64,000 bases of DNA, taken from assembly GCF_006345805.1 (NCBI RefSeq), contig NC_043012.1, forward strand, positions 28,520,001 through 28,584,000. The letters are read 5' to 3'. Below are positions 1 through 13,240 of the stretch, one piece after another. The number at the start of each line of letters is the position of its first letter. Positions within the stretch are counted from its first letter, which is position 1. Both the position numbers and the translations under genes were made by a program. The DNA is from Octopus sinensis. Taxonomy: Eukaryota. The notes under the pieces were generated by a model. The model had not been told where the DNA came from and did no database searches. It saw nothing but the letters and a program-made list of their open reading frames with translations.

Positions 1-880
1 CTTAAGGCCAAGGGAACTAAGTGTACGAAATAGGTTCTTCTTAAGCCTATCTAGGGTGTGCCCTATTGCGCCTCCAAAGCGTCATCTCAGTATACAAAAG
101 AGGACTGACGGCATCCCCTTCGTTAAGGACTGCAGTAAATATAATCCTATGAGGTCGCAGACATCTGCACTAATGAATGTTTCCATCACTAAGGAGCCTA
201 CTGGGTCAACTTGTTTGACCCAGGCCGAACCTTTGTTGAACAGCAGCGTTACCTATGCGGCATTATTACATCTATATCCCGTCACTAACGAGCATATGCT
301 CGAGCGAACAGAAGCGCAGTGACTAATCTTTTCGTTATAGATGGATAAAAATTTACGATATCAGATTGGGTGAACTTTGACATGTCTCTATCCTGATTAG
401 CTTTAAACCATGAAATAACTTCGTTGGTATTATGCCATAAGGAGAGACTGGATGCCTTCCTTATTTTGTCGTTGATCTTTCTCAGTATATGTTTGTTCGC
501 CTGCCCGATTTCAACTTTAACTGGGTTAATCAGGCTTCATTTGGGGTTGGAGGCAAAGATCGGTTTGTGGTCTATGATGCTAAATGCATTTCTTTTAGCT
601 AATATTCCCATCCTATCAGCTATCGCTAGATTACTGGCTAACATTTTGGCTTCGTTGTTTATATTATTGTGCGTGTGCAGCGAATGTTTATCTATAATGT
701 TTATCTGGTGCTATTCTCTAACATCCTATCATATGTGCCGGTGTTTACTCTAGGGCTTTTTCTTTTATCAGAAAACAGTAAAGTCCTCTCTGAATTTTAT
801 AGTTGTCGTATATTCTTTATTCGTGGATTAATAAGGCAAGCAATGTTGGAAACAATCTCCATAATTATTCAATCGAACCA
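1..880 (-). mobile_element. Penelope-like element RT remnant (pseudogenised)
   Basis: Minus-strand manual translation: FSIIDHKPIFASNPK*SLINPVKVEIG...LSLWHNTNEVISWF...SDIVNFYPSIT...ADVCDLIGLYLL...DDAL, colinear with the PLE RT at 48147-49154; stops and frameshifts. Confidence 0.85.
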
Positions 881-906
881 CATGGGAATGTTGGTTCTCC
901 TCTCCT

Positions 907-908
<2 letters not shown>

Positions 909-974
<66 letters not shown>
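909..974. repeat. (CA)n microsatellite
   Basis: Direct read. Confidence 0.98.
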
Positions 975-978
<4 letters not shown>

Positions 979-1429
979 GAAATTTATAGAAAAACAAAAG
1001 ACGAAGACAGGTGTATGAACCACAAGCATCTGTATTAGTTTGACGTACGGAAAAATGAAAAAGTCTTTTACGTTTTGAGCCTACGCTCTTCAGCAGAAAG
1101 GAATAAGAGATGATAAACAGAGAGAATGAAAAAAAGCCTGTAGATTTCGCGGTCAAGTATATATATGGTAGAATAACAAATAGAAAGTCATTGGTACAGT
1201 ATTATATATTTGAAAAATGAATAGAAAAAGCTTTTCTGATAATTTTTCCACTTTGATAATTAAATGTTTACAAAAAATGTGGCTGAGTGAGTTTCTCGCT
1301 CGAAAGTGGTTTTCAAACTAATATTGAGATCATTTTGTGCTTGATAACAAGCATATACATATACAAACATCAATACCCGCACGTACATGCTCACACGCGC
1401 GCGTGTACATATATATACAGACGTACATC

Positions 1430-1480
<51 letters not shown>

Positions 1481-1655
1481 ACACGTTGGTACACCTTTCC
1501 AGTTGGGATGAGTATACACAAAATTACGCGAGAGTACAAAATTCCGAAATACACATATGAAGGGAAGTAACTTCTGAGAATATCTTGATTGTTACCCCCC
1601 TTGCATTTGACCAGGATTTTGGGAATAATTTTTGCTAACCATAGATTCATTTCTC

Positions 1656-1686
<31 letters not shown>

Positions 1687-1697
1687 TAATAATAGTA

Positions 1698-1730
<33 letters not shown>

Positions 1731-1736
1731 GTAATA
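1656..1736. repeat. (AAT)n microsatellite upstream of R4/Dong copy A
   Basis: Direct read. Confidence 0.95.
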
Positions 1737-2541
1737 GAGACGCTCGCACTGAATAACAACATGGATGTACTAAACCGGGCTCTCCATTCAAAAACAAATC
1801 TAATCCAATAACATCAATGGAGTTAAATAAAAGAACTTGAGGAAAACTTGAAGGAAGCGACCTTTTAACGAAGACACTAAGAAAAAAAACGAAATTTTAC
1901 TGCCATAGAAAGTACAGTTTCTCCTACGCACGATGTCTCAATGAAGCATGTGCGAAACACACGCGCGATATCAACACCGGAAAGTTTACATAGAATAAAA
2001 GAAACGGACCAAAACAAAAAAACCAGTGAGTACATAAATTGAGTAATTACGCATACACTCGAATGTCGACACAATCATATATACATTTTGATACCCATAG
2101 GACTACACATACATCCCAAAGTTGTTGTACACACTAAGTGAAATTTACAAGACACACACTCATACACATGAAAACATGTGTCACAAACCAAGCAAAAACA
2201 AAATCAAAACTTTCTTTGTTTCTCTTCTTATTTTATTCTCATATTTTAGAACTACCACAGACAGAGTGAACCTTTGATAAGGGTAAAAAGTACCACAAAA
2301 AAACTATGTCCGAAGGTAAATCTATCAACAAAAAAATACAGACGAATACAGATCTGCTAGCCTTAAGAAATTAAGCTACGGGCGATGTTTAAATTCAGAG
2401 GCGACGTCGTCGCAAAAACTTAACCCTAAACTGACAGATCCGACTCCTAATGTAAGAGCTCGTCATGCCTCAGTGTCAACAAAACAAATTACAAACCTCA
2501 ATGGTCATTGATCGGTTTACAAAAGACCACAAACCCGAACA

Positions 2542-5500
2542 TTGAACCAAATTCTGACTGAAAAATCAGCCACTGGTTCAACTCTGCCCAACACACAGGA
2601 GCTGGACGTATCCCACAACCGGGATATTCCAACAGATGGCCGTCCATGCCCGTCATCAAATAACCAACAGAAAAAGAATGAAAAATGGTCTAGGGAAGAT
2701 AATAAGGAAGTTCTTACGGCCTTCTACCATGCCATATATTTCCCCACAGATAAATCTAACACTATACAAACCTACATAAACTGGAGACAGAAACACCCTG
2801 AAGTCAGACCCTACATAGACAATAACAAACTTGCCAACGTCAGAAGAAACATTATAAAAAAAAAATTACTGACTGAAGTAGAGATTGATCAAATCAAACA
2901 AGCAGTAACGGATAAAAACAACGAAGCCGCAGCTAAAGAAGATAATGCAGAGGAAATAATTATAGACCAGTCCAGGGCTGATAAAAATGCAGTAAGGATT
3001 GAAAGAGTTAGTATAACTGATAGGCAAAGTGAAATACTCACTGAACCAATCATAAACACTAAGACAAATGAACATGAAATAGAAGAAAGTCACACAAATA
3101 TTGACCCAACTGAACTACGTGAACTAAAGAATCAAATCATGATTGAATGGCTGAAACTTAAAGAAACCAGTATGGATGAACGCAATACACTCCCAAGAAT
3201 CCGCAACTCTAACCAAAACATGAAAATAATTGGTAAAATCCGCCTTGCACTTAAGGATATAATTTCAGCTAATGAAATTTAGTCCAACCCATGCTAGCAT
3301 GGAAAACGGACGCTAAACGATGATGATGATGATGATGTTAATATCACAGATCTCAACCACCTGTACTATGCATCCGCGAAAATCTCAACGATCCTATGTG
3401 GTGAAAAGATTAGAAAACGGCAACATTCCCACAAAAAGGCTTCTTGGCAAGAGCGTATCCAACATCAAATTAAGCTACTTAGGTCTGACGTTGAATGTTT
3501 GAAAAATCTTAAGGTTGACAAGACTACCAAACCTACAAAAACCCAAAAATTAAAGAGAAAATATATGAAAACTATACTTGATATTGATGCCACCATAGAA
3601 ACCATCAAGCAAAAGGTATCTGCTAAAGCCGCCCGCATAGCGAGGTATGAAAAGCGTGTTACATTCTTCAAGGACAACAACATGTTAAAAAATAACCCCA
3701 AAAATTTTTACAGGAAGATAGGGAAAACACCAGTTACTGTAAAGTCTGTACCATCAAAAGACGAAGTGCACGGTTTTTTTAAAAATAAAATTTGGGCAGA
3801 AGAAAAAACACAAAACGAAAAGGCCCCTTGGATTGATAGAATAGCTACGGACTTGTACTCCTTAGAGGAGCAAAAGAGGGAGGGTGTCAAGGTAGAAGAT
3901 GTAAGATCTACTCTCAGGAGGTCAAGCAAATGGAAGTCTCCAGGAAAGGATAAAATTCCTAACTTCTGGTTGAATGCCTTCCCAGAGAGCCATGAACTGC
4001 TAACAGAACTTTACAATGATGTTTTGCAACTCCCTAGTAGGATGCCTGCTTGGCTAGTTAAATGGTTTAACATTCTTGCTCCCAAAAAGTGAAGAAACAA
4101 ATGAACCAAAAAACTATAGACCCATAACCTGCTTAACAACCATGTATAAAACGCTAACATCTGTCCTGACGGAATATACCTATAGTTTTTTAATAGACAG
4201 CAGCATATTCCCTAATGAACAAAAAGGATGTAAACGTGGGTCCTATGGTTGTAAAGATCAGCTACTCATCAATAAGATGATCTTAGAAGATTGTCACAAA
4301 CGATACAAAAATTTGTCAATAGCCTGGATAGACTATAAAAAGGCTTTTGATAGCCTACCACAGCTGGATAAAGAAATGCCTAGAAATGTACAAAATAGCG
4401 CCTACTCTGCGAAACTTTGTCTGTAAGTATGAGATCATGGAGAACCACACTAACTTTGAACTGTGACGATGAATTTCTAAATGCTGGTGATGTAAAAATT
4501 TCATGTGGCATTTTCCAGGGCGACTCACTGTCACCACTCCTCTCTTGTTTAGCCTAAATACCTCTCTCAAAATTGCTCAATGACGCACAGTACGGATATA
4601 AAATGTTGTATAAAAATATAAATCATCTCATTTACATGGATGATTTAAAGCTCTTTGCAAAAAATGACCAACAACTCAAGGGCTTACTAACGATTGTTAA
4701 ACAATTCAGTGATGACATCAGAATGCAATTTGGCCTCGATAAATGTGCAAAAGCTACCTTTATCAAAGGAAAAATGACAGAAACATCTAACGTTTACCTC
4801 GACCAGCAGAATGTCATAAAAGAGTTAGACCCAGCAGAGAGCTACAAGTACCTAGGGGTAATTGAAGGGGACGGAATAAGGCATTCAGTGATGAAGGAAA
4901 GGATCAGGAGAGAATGTTATCGCAGAGTAAGAGCAATACTCAAGACAGAGCTGAATGCAAGAAACAGGATCGAAGCGATCATTGCTTTAGCCATACCAGT
5001 TGTGACTTACAGTTTCAATATTGTTAACTGGTCAATTACTGAAATATGTAATCTTGATAGAAAAATACGAAAACTGTTGACAATGCATAAAATGCACCAC
5101 CCTAAGGCAGATATAGATCGACTTTATCTACCAAGAAAAGAGAGAGGCCGCGGGCTTTTACAACTGGCAATAACAATGAAGATTGCTACAATTGGCCATG
5201 ACACCTACCTGAAAAACCCTGAGGACTGGATGTTAAAACTTGTCTCAAAACATGAAAACAAGAAAGCATCATACTCAGTAACAAAACAGGCAAAGGAATA
5301 TCTAAGTGAATTCCGAATACAACAAATTCCGGAATTAGACATACGAGAAACAAGCACAGAAAAAGTTAAGCGCATGAAAACCCGTGCTAAAACTGCTGCC
5401 TTAGATATTCTGAATGGTAAATGGCAAGAAAAACCTCTCAATGGCAAATACCCATAGAGAATGAATAATGCAGATGTTGACAAAGCCCTGGCCCATCAAT

Positions 5501-6060
5501 GGCTAACGGCCTCTGGCTTAAAATCTGAAACAGAAGGGTTTATCATAGCAGCTCAAGATCAATGCCTACCTACAAGGAACTACCAGGTCAACATATTAAA
5601 GAACAGCAGTAGCCCAACATGTCGTGTATGTCAACAACAAAATGAAACCATTGATCATCTTGACTCCAAGTGCAGTCTTCTTGCGTCTACAGAATATCTC
5701 AACAGGCATGATAGAGCTGCACAATATATTAACTGGGTAATTTGCAAAAGCCTGGACTTGCCCCATGATAAAAACTGGTGGGAACACAAACTACCTCCAG
5801 TGCTTGAAAATGATCACATCTCACTCCTCTGGAACTTCACCATTCAAACTGACAGAAAGATAGACGCGAATAGGCCAGACATCATAGTAAAAGACTTCAG
5901 ACAAAAAAAACATACCTCCTCATTGATATGACTGTCCCAATCGATATAAACGTATCTGTCAAGACCTACCAAAAACTGAGCAAATATAAAGATCTGGAAA
6001 TAGAAATCAGCAAAATGTGGACTAAAACAATACCTGTTGTCATAGGTGCCCTGGGAATGA
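2542..6060 (+). mobile_element. R4/Dong-like non-LTR retrotransposon (RT + restriction-like endonuclease), copy A, near full ORF, disrupted
   Basis: ORFs 2542-5931: KWSREDNKE N-terminus, YRPITCL, EQKGC, WIDYKKAFDS, GIFQGDSLSP (frameshifted), HLIYMDDLKLF, YKYLG, CRVC..ETIDH..C..RHD, RPDII, VIGALG; frameshifts, stop at 5455-5457, SINE insert at 3283. Confidence 0.92.
3283..3337 (+). mobile_element. 3' tail fragment of (GAT)n-tailed SINE inserted in the R4 ORF
   Basis: gtccaacccatgctagcatggaaaacggacgctaaac(gat)n matches the 3' end of 52174-52485; removal restores NEI-NITD. Confidence 0.85.
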
Positions 6061-6066
6061 CAGCGA

Positions 6067-7592
6067 TAATTCAATCATTTGTTATTCATGGATGACCTCA
6101 AACTTACTTTATGGTAAAGATGAAGCCCAAGTCAGTTCCCTCGTTGATACGGTGTATACCTTTAGTGCTGATATCAGAATGGAGTTCGGACTGAGAAAGT
6201 GTGGTATGTTAGTCTTGAAGAGAGGCAAAATCAAATGTATGGACGGGCTAGCGATACCGTCGGGGGAGGTTATGAAGCAGATAGAAGTATAGAGACTATA
6301 AGTACTTGGGGATTTTGGAAATGGATAAATTGATGGAGGAAAAAGTGACAGAAAAATTTAAGGTGGAGTACTTGCGCAGACTGAGACTGATCCTTAAGTC
6401 GGAATTAAACGGACGAATAAGATTGAAGCTATCAACACTTGAGCGGTTTTACTCCTTAGATATGGAGCAGGAGAAATAGTATGGACAGCAGACGAACTAA
6501 ACAACTTAGACAGAAAGACAAGGAAGTTGCTAACTAGATATGGGTCACTCCACCCGAAAAGTGACACAGACAGATTGTACGTACCAAGAAAAAGAGGAGA
6601 AGAGGACTTATTGGATGCGAACACAGAAGAAAACAACACTGCCTGGTATGTAAAAAATGCCACAGAACTGCTATTATTAGAATAAGGTCAGGGTCGTGTA
6701 GGATTAAAGATTGCAAAGATAAAGCACTATACAAGAAATTGAAAATGAATAAAACTGAAAATAGGTGGGTAAAGAAAAGAATGCATGGTCAATTTCATAG
6801 GAATGTTGAAGACAGACAGATGTGGATGACTAAAAGTGATTTAAAACCAGAAACGGAGACTCTAATCTGTGCTGCCCAAGAGCAAGCACTAAGAACAAAC
6901 CACATAAAATACAGAATAGACAAAACATTAGAAAATGATAAGTACAGAATCTGTAGACAAAATGGTGAAACCCTGTGGCATATTACCAGCCAATGCATGC
7001 CACTAGCTCAGAAGGAATATAATAGACGTCACGACAATATAGCCAGGCTTATCCATTGGACACTTTGCAACAAGTATGGACTTGACAGAGCAAAAAATTG
7101 GTACGATCACAAACCCGAAGTCAACATCGAACATAAAAATGCAAAGATCCTGTGGGATTTTATGATTCAGTGCGACCATGAGATAGAGAATAGGAAGCCA
7201 GACATAGTCTTAATCGAGAAAGAAAACAAACTATACTGGATCATAGATATAGCATTCCCAGCTGACAACGTATGCGATAAGGAAGAAAGAAAAGTGGAGA
7301 GATGTGACAGGTTAGCTTGGGAAGTTAAGAGTTGTGGCCGATGAAAAAGGTAGCAGTAGTACCAATAATTGTCGGAGCCCTGGGGACAGTGAGCAAAAAT
7401 CTCGAGAAGTACGTGAAACAAATAGGGGCTGCAATAAGGGTGAAGCACTTGCAGAAGACTGCACTGCTTGGAACCACTCGAATACTCTGGAAGGTGCTCG
7501 AAAAATAAGAGGTTTCACCTTAGTTCACTGATAGTGAACAGCTGACACCGTAGTACATCTCCAGCGTTAGAAGCTGTGCAAAGGCAATGATA

Positions 7593-7597
<5 letters not shown>
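6067..7597 (+). mobile_element. R4/Dong-like LINE copy B, 5'-truncated, different subfamily, (TAA)n tail
   Basis: Starts at NHLLFMDDLKL; EFGLRKCG, YKYLG, KSDLKPETETLICAAQEQALRTN, CRIC, RHDNIA, KPDIV, IVGALG; followed by (AAT)n. Confidence 0.9.

Positions 7598-7641
<44 letters not shown>
7598..7641. repeat. (AAT)n tail/target
   Basis: Direct read. Confidence 0.95.
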
Positions 7642-7643
<2 letters not shown>

Positions 7644-9120
7644 TTGGCCAGGTTGTCAATTACTGTCCAGGGAATATGCACTACGTGCAAAGACAACAGG
7701 GCAATTAGTAACTATGGTACCAATAGGGACAGAGGCCGTATCGGCAACGACACTAATAAAAATGAAAATAGAAATAAAAACGAAAGTTCTTCGCACAAAC
7801 CCCAAACTAATTATTGGGATAAGAAGTATAGCGTACACAAAAGTAAAAACAGGAATAAACGTGACGTAAAATGGTATAACCCCACCCCACTTCAATTACA
7901 TAAGAGATACTATTATATGTAGAAAATTATTTAGCATGCCAAAGCGCAATTTCCCTCCTTCACACAAATATTAATGTTTATTCTTCCATAGAAATGTTAA
8001 GGTCTCTCACTCAGCACTTCCCAATCTAGGTACAACTATAGCTGGCCCGAATAAGAAGCTCATATCCATGGCTGGGAGAATTAATAATAATACCTCTAAC
8101 AGCACCGCTCCTAATAAAAATTGCAGTAGGAATAACAATAATAATAATATTAATATTCCTCCTATCACAACCATCTCAACCAACATCAATACTGTACACA
8201 CCGATATGATCAGCGATCAAGTCCTGTCAGGAGATATTATAATATTGGCATCAGTCGACCTGTCACTAAAAGGGATAGCAGTTGTAACAACTCTGCCGCA
8301 ACTAATGGAAGCAGGTTACTGATTCCATTAGCTTAAGCTCACACCATACCACTCCCTACAACCCTAACACTATCTCCACTAGCAGTCAGAACCGCCCACC
8401 TACTTCCATTCATGTTGTCGATATGATCAACGCACACCGTCCCTCTTCGACCCTCTAGTGTCACTATCTGAAAACTAAATCTCTTACGACAGTGCTCAGT
8501 ACCAACATTCTCCGACCCTAGTCTCGGTAACTAATTATATTAGTATTGATCCTAGTAATATAAACCCCGGTAACAACCAGGCGAACACCAGTAACTCTTG
8601 CGAGTTTGAACTATTACGCCATAATAACGTAGGATCGCGTACCCGCAATAATAAATTTCATGTCTTGGAAAATGTTGAGTGCAATTGCTTAGGTAAAATG
8701 TCATGTCCGCTTTCTGGTCGATGTCTAGCAGTAAATGTGGTTTACAAATGTAATGTTGTGACGGAGACCAATATTTGTACTTATATCGGCTACTCCGTAA
8801 ATCTCAAGGAACGCTTACGTAACTACTATTCTTACTTTGAATTAAGACATAGAGCGCGTAGAACTTCTCTAGCCACGAAGATTTGGGAGCTCAAGATCGA
8901 CAATGTTGAATTTGATTTGTTCTGGGACATCATTAGGGCCGCTAAACTGTACTCAAACAGCAGATAAGGGTGCAGGTTTTGCTGCACGGAATTGTTTGAA
9001 ATTTTGAAAAGATCAAATTGCGAAAATCTAATAAATAATAAACTAGACGTTCGTCTTCCCTGCATACATAAGGCGACCCGCACCTTTAAATATTTTAAGA
9101 ACATTAAGCAACCTCTATAA
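7642..9120 (+). mobile_element. Penelope-like element C-terminal half (post-RT region, long N/S/T-rich linker, Cys linker, GIY-YIG)
   Basis: KNRNKRDVKWYNP, FPPSHKY, VKVSHSALPNL, CNCLGKMSCPLSGRCL, VVYKC..TYIG, TSLATKIWELK, CRFC. Confidence 0.85.
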
Positions 9121-9678
9121 AAGCTCTTAACATAGGGTCAAACTAATTTACTCCCTCTGTTGTTGACCCAAAAGTCGATTGATCTGCTTAATTGTTTGAG
9201 TCCTTCTAGTCTCGTTCTTCTTTACCGTCACTTCCTAACTATACTTGCATCGTGTGCTATATTGAAGGAACTAATCATTCTGTTTGTGGCGTCTCCAGCA
9301 TTATGCAAAAGCGATAGCAAAGATATCTAACCTAGAAGTAGCAGCCTAAACACCCTAACCAGTTCTTTTCTAATCCCACTAAGTAAGCCTTATACTAAGA
9401 TACAGTTATTTGCAATGCGCTTGTTAAATAATAACTGGAACACACAATCCAAACCTCTTACCGGCGACTATTGCCCGCAGTTGTAACACCTGATTCACAC
9501 AATGGTGATTATACTATCGAATTAAATAATATCAACGCCAGCTATATAACATTCCAAATTGTTAATCATTAGACTACTTCCTACTGCTGGCTTTTGTTTT
9601 TGATATCCTATCTGGTATTTCCTCTAACTCTGTACTAGATGTAGTTTATCCTCACGATAAGTAGTACTCTACTATTAC

Positions 9679-9823
9679 AAGTAGCTTGCTTACCAACCAC
9701 ATGATTTCGGGTTCAGTCCCACTGTGTGGCACCTTGGGAAAGTGTCTTCTACTATAGCCTTGGGCCAACTAAAGCGTTGTGAATAGATTTGGCAGACAGA
9801 AACTGGAAATAAGCTCGTTGTCG
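9679..9823 (+). mobile_element. tRNA-derived SINE, family A
   Basis: ggttcagtcccactgtgtggcaccttggg..gtgtcttctactatagcc, B-box-like GGTTCAGTCCC, ends at (TA)n; five copies in window. Confidence 0.85.
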
Positions 9824-9900
<77 letters not shown>

Positions 9901-10113
9901 TGGTAAAATAGAAAGATGAATAATCTTGTTGCAGATTAATCAAAAGTTTAACCGATACCTTGGTAGCAAAAATCACGGCAGAAGAAAGCACGGTTGGAGA
10001 TAAAACCTTTTGGTGTTGCAACCGTGCCTTGGTGCGGATAATTGAATTTTAGTATTATTAGTGAATTGAAGAAATGGAGTTGAACGAAGATTGAACAGAA
10101 TTCCTTTTATTGC

Positions 10114-10195
10114 ATTCTACACATGTTTCAAAAGCCACAATTTTCCAAATTCTGATTAAATAAGGATCCCATATTGTGGCTTTCTCTTCAGGAAT
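10114..10195 (-). ncRNA. Type I hammerhead ribozyme (family 1), minus arm
   Basis: Minus read: attc CTGAAGA gaaagccacaat..attgtggctttt GAAA catgtg TA gaat. Confidence 0.8.
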
Positions 10196-10211
10196 TCCTA
10201 TATATATTTTT

Positions 10212-10291
10212 TTCCTGAAGAGAAAGCCACAATATGGGATCCTTATTTAATCAGAATTTGGAAAATTGTAGCTTTTGAAACATGTGTAGAA
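10212..10291 (+). ncRNA. Type I hammerhead ribozyme (family 1), plus arm
   Basis: ttc CTGAAGA gaaagccacaat..attgtagctttt GAAA catgtg TA gaa. Confidence 0.75.
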
Positions 10292-10384
10292 TGCAATAAA
10301 AGGAATTCTGTTCAATCTTCGTTCGACTCCATTTCTTCAATTCACTAATAATACTATATATATATATATATACATATGTGCGTG

Positions 10385-10592
10385 TGTGTGTGTTTGTGTC
10401 TGTGTCTGTCCCCCCACCATCGCTTGACGACCGATGGTGGTGTGTTTACATCCCCGTAACTTAGCGGTTCGGCAGAAGAGACCGAAAGAATAAATACTAG
10501 ACTTACAAAGAATAAGTCTTTTGGTTGACTTGTTCGACTAAAGGTGGTGCTCCAGCATGGTCGCAGCCAAATGACTGAAACAAATAAAAGAA
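10385..10592 (-). mobile_element. SINE family B
   Basis: Reverse complement of tttcagtcatttg.ctgcg.ccatgctggagcacc..ccgaaccgctaagttacgggga..; copies at 14655 and 44930. Confidence 0.85.
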
Positions 10593-10612
10593 TATACGCA
10601 CACATATACACT

Positions 10613-10733
<121 letters not shown>

Positions 10734-12949
10734 AGTTCATCTCGGGGCGTTGCCCAGGCGCTATGACCTACAAGCAATTGCATTAGTTGCTCCTTTCTTG
10801 ATTGATAGAATCGGCACAGCTGATATATAGTTAATGGAATAGTGGAAGTTATTGTTTGTTTAAAAATGAAGGGCGAGGTTGCAATTTGCGTGGGTTTGTA
10901 TGAAAGTGCATTCTGTTCTTAAGGATCAGAAACTATGTATTGTTTCATCGTATAAAAAGAGGTTAATACGATTTTGACCTGAAATCACGTTTTCAAAATA
11001 CCAATTTCCCCCCATCCCCACCGCAATTTCTTATTTTGTAACTTTTTCAATTTTTTTTGTTGTTGTTTACGTAGAAAAATAGAGAGATTACGAATCTGGA
11101 ATATATATATTTTATAGTTTAATTTTTCTTAAAAAAAAGAACACACGATGCCCCTTCCCCCAGCTCGCTCACCCATCGCCTACCAGCTTTCAAAAAGCTA
11201 AAATCTCCCAATCTTTCACTTTTGTCTGATGTTTCCCGCATGCGTAGAATTCTACTGAAATAGTAGACTTAAAACATACCAGACTACCACCAGCAAACCC
11301 GACATGTTAGAAACAACAGTTAAATGACATTATTTCTGAAGAAACTCCCCCGCTTTCCAAAAAGCTAAAAGTGAAACATTGGGAGTGTGTAGCTTTTCGA
11401 AAGCGGTGAGGTAATGGGTAAAATTCCTAAAGATTCATACTCTGTATTTTCTCCATGGATTACCAAGAATAAAAATTCCAAAAAAGTAAAAAATGAATTT
11501 GTTGTGGAGATGGAGAAAATTAAAATATTGAGAACGTGTTTTCTGGGTGAAATCCTTGTCTCTTGTATCGCAAACACAGGTATCGGAAGAAATTTAGGAA
11601 AAAAATAAGGTGGGGATGGAGATGTTACCTCTGACATGCTAGACAGAAGAGGTAAAGGACAGAATTTCTGTGAAAACGTCCTTTTAAGTTTATATCGAAG
11701 ATTAGGTTTTTAAATACGCTAATCACAAACACAAATTACACAACAGAAAAATATTATTTCAGTTGGATTTGAGCTGTAAATTTGCGCGTGCACAACGTAA
11801 TTTACACAGAAGTTTTTCTTAGAGTGTGTGTATGTGTTAGTGCATGTGGATGTATGTGTGTGTGTGTGTGTGTGTGAAGGAAGTTATTTTATAGCATTCT
11901 TTTGTTTTTGAGGCAAAGTTGTCAACTCGACATATATGGGATCATATGATTGTTCGTTAATTTCTGTAAAACTGTTTTAATTTCTGTATGCTTTGAAGAG
12001 AGCAGAAATTGAAAGAGAGGATAAAGTGAAAAGGCGACATTTGCTTTGACGTGAGAGGAAAAAGTAAAAGAGAGGAGAAAGTGTAAGATGTAGGTATATA
12101 TGAAATGGACGACTATGAGGGAGAGAGAGTGAGCGAGAGAGAGAGTGAATGTATGAGTGAAGGTATGTGTTGTGATGTATGGATTTTTTGGCATATATGA
12201 GTAAGTGGCACTCACTAATTCTCTCTCTCTCTCTCTCTCACATATCTTTCATACACTTGTAGGCGGGAGTAAAAAATACGCACACCACCCGTTTTCAGCG
12301 TAAACACCGGGAGTGCGTATTCTTTACCTTCACTCATAATTACATATGCATACATCTTTGTGTGTGTGAGAGAGAGAGAGAGAGAGGCTGTATTTCCTCA
12401 TAACATATAGAAAAATGGATCGCTTTTAATGCCATTTTTTGGTTGTGGCTTATTTTAATAGAATTTTTATGTGTATATTTTCATAATTGTTTGTCTGAGT
12501 AGAATTCTACGCATGCATGAAACATCGGACGAAAGTGAAACGTTAGAAGAAAACCGAAATATTTTCCGAAAATGACCTCAAAATCGTGCAACCCAACATA
12601 GTTGCCGAGGTTATTTTAGTTGTAAAAGAGAGTTGTTGAGTCAAAAACAGTTTATTTGGCTGATATATAATAAGTAGTTTTCTTTATTATAATACATATG
12701 TGACTAGTATGGAGAAACATTACTTTCATTATTCACACATCGCTATTCTCATAATGCAACACTTCGTAATTTTGGTTCATATTGAAAGTGTGAAACTATT
12801 TTCATTTTCGTAAAGGAAACTGGTCGTTGTAGAGAAGTGTATTTGAAATAACTATAACTGGTTGTTGCGATAACGTAGAAAATATGTAAATGAAAATAAA
12901 GTTTATTTGGCAAGGATAATTGATTCGATTGTTCTGGTCTTTAACGTCA

Positions 12950-13240
12950 GTTTCTAAGGATAGAAGTCATTTGACGGCACCTTTTTGTTTGTGGCAGTTT
13001 CAACCCGTGGAATATTGAAATGATACCCATCTTGTCCATTCCACAGAACAAGAGTGTACTGGAGAGCATCATAAGAGGGATGAGTCTGTGAAACACGTTT
13101 AAGGTTATCTCGGACACGAATGAGAATATCATGATTTTCAAAGGGATCACCATCCATAAGGATGGCTACTTCATTAGATGTGGGCTCATTAAAACAGCGT
13201 AAACTTCCTTTACTATAGTTTACTAGAGACGTAACGAGCG
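12950..13240 (-). mobile_element. Helitron Rep/helicase N-terminal-region remnant
   Basis: FNEPTSNEVAILMDGDPFENHDILIR..LKRVSQTHPSYDALQYTLVLWNGQDGYH resembles the Helitron NEVA..SYDALQYPL..GEDG block. Confidence 0.8.

Larger units (their letters stand above)
9897..10355. mobile_element. Foldback pair of PLE 3' ends (same family as the 45.7/49.7 kb termini) between (TA)n runs
   Basis: About 10054-10197 is the reverse complement of about 10210-10353; 9900-10195 aligns with 45705-45990. Confidence 0.85.

Noticed and set aside
669-1650. ORFs with HTHT/CVCV runs, and similar YIYI/MYVC ORFs throughout
   Set aside because: Translations of dinucleotide and tetranucleotide microsatellites, not genes
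1737-2541. HDV-like ribozyme or spliced leader in the presumed R4 5' UTR
   Set aside because: Could not build the nested pseudoknot by eye; the pyrimidine tract plus AG at ~2200-2250 is not sufficient evidence
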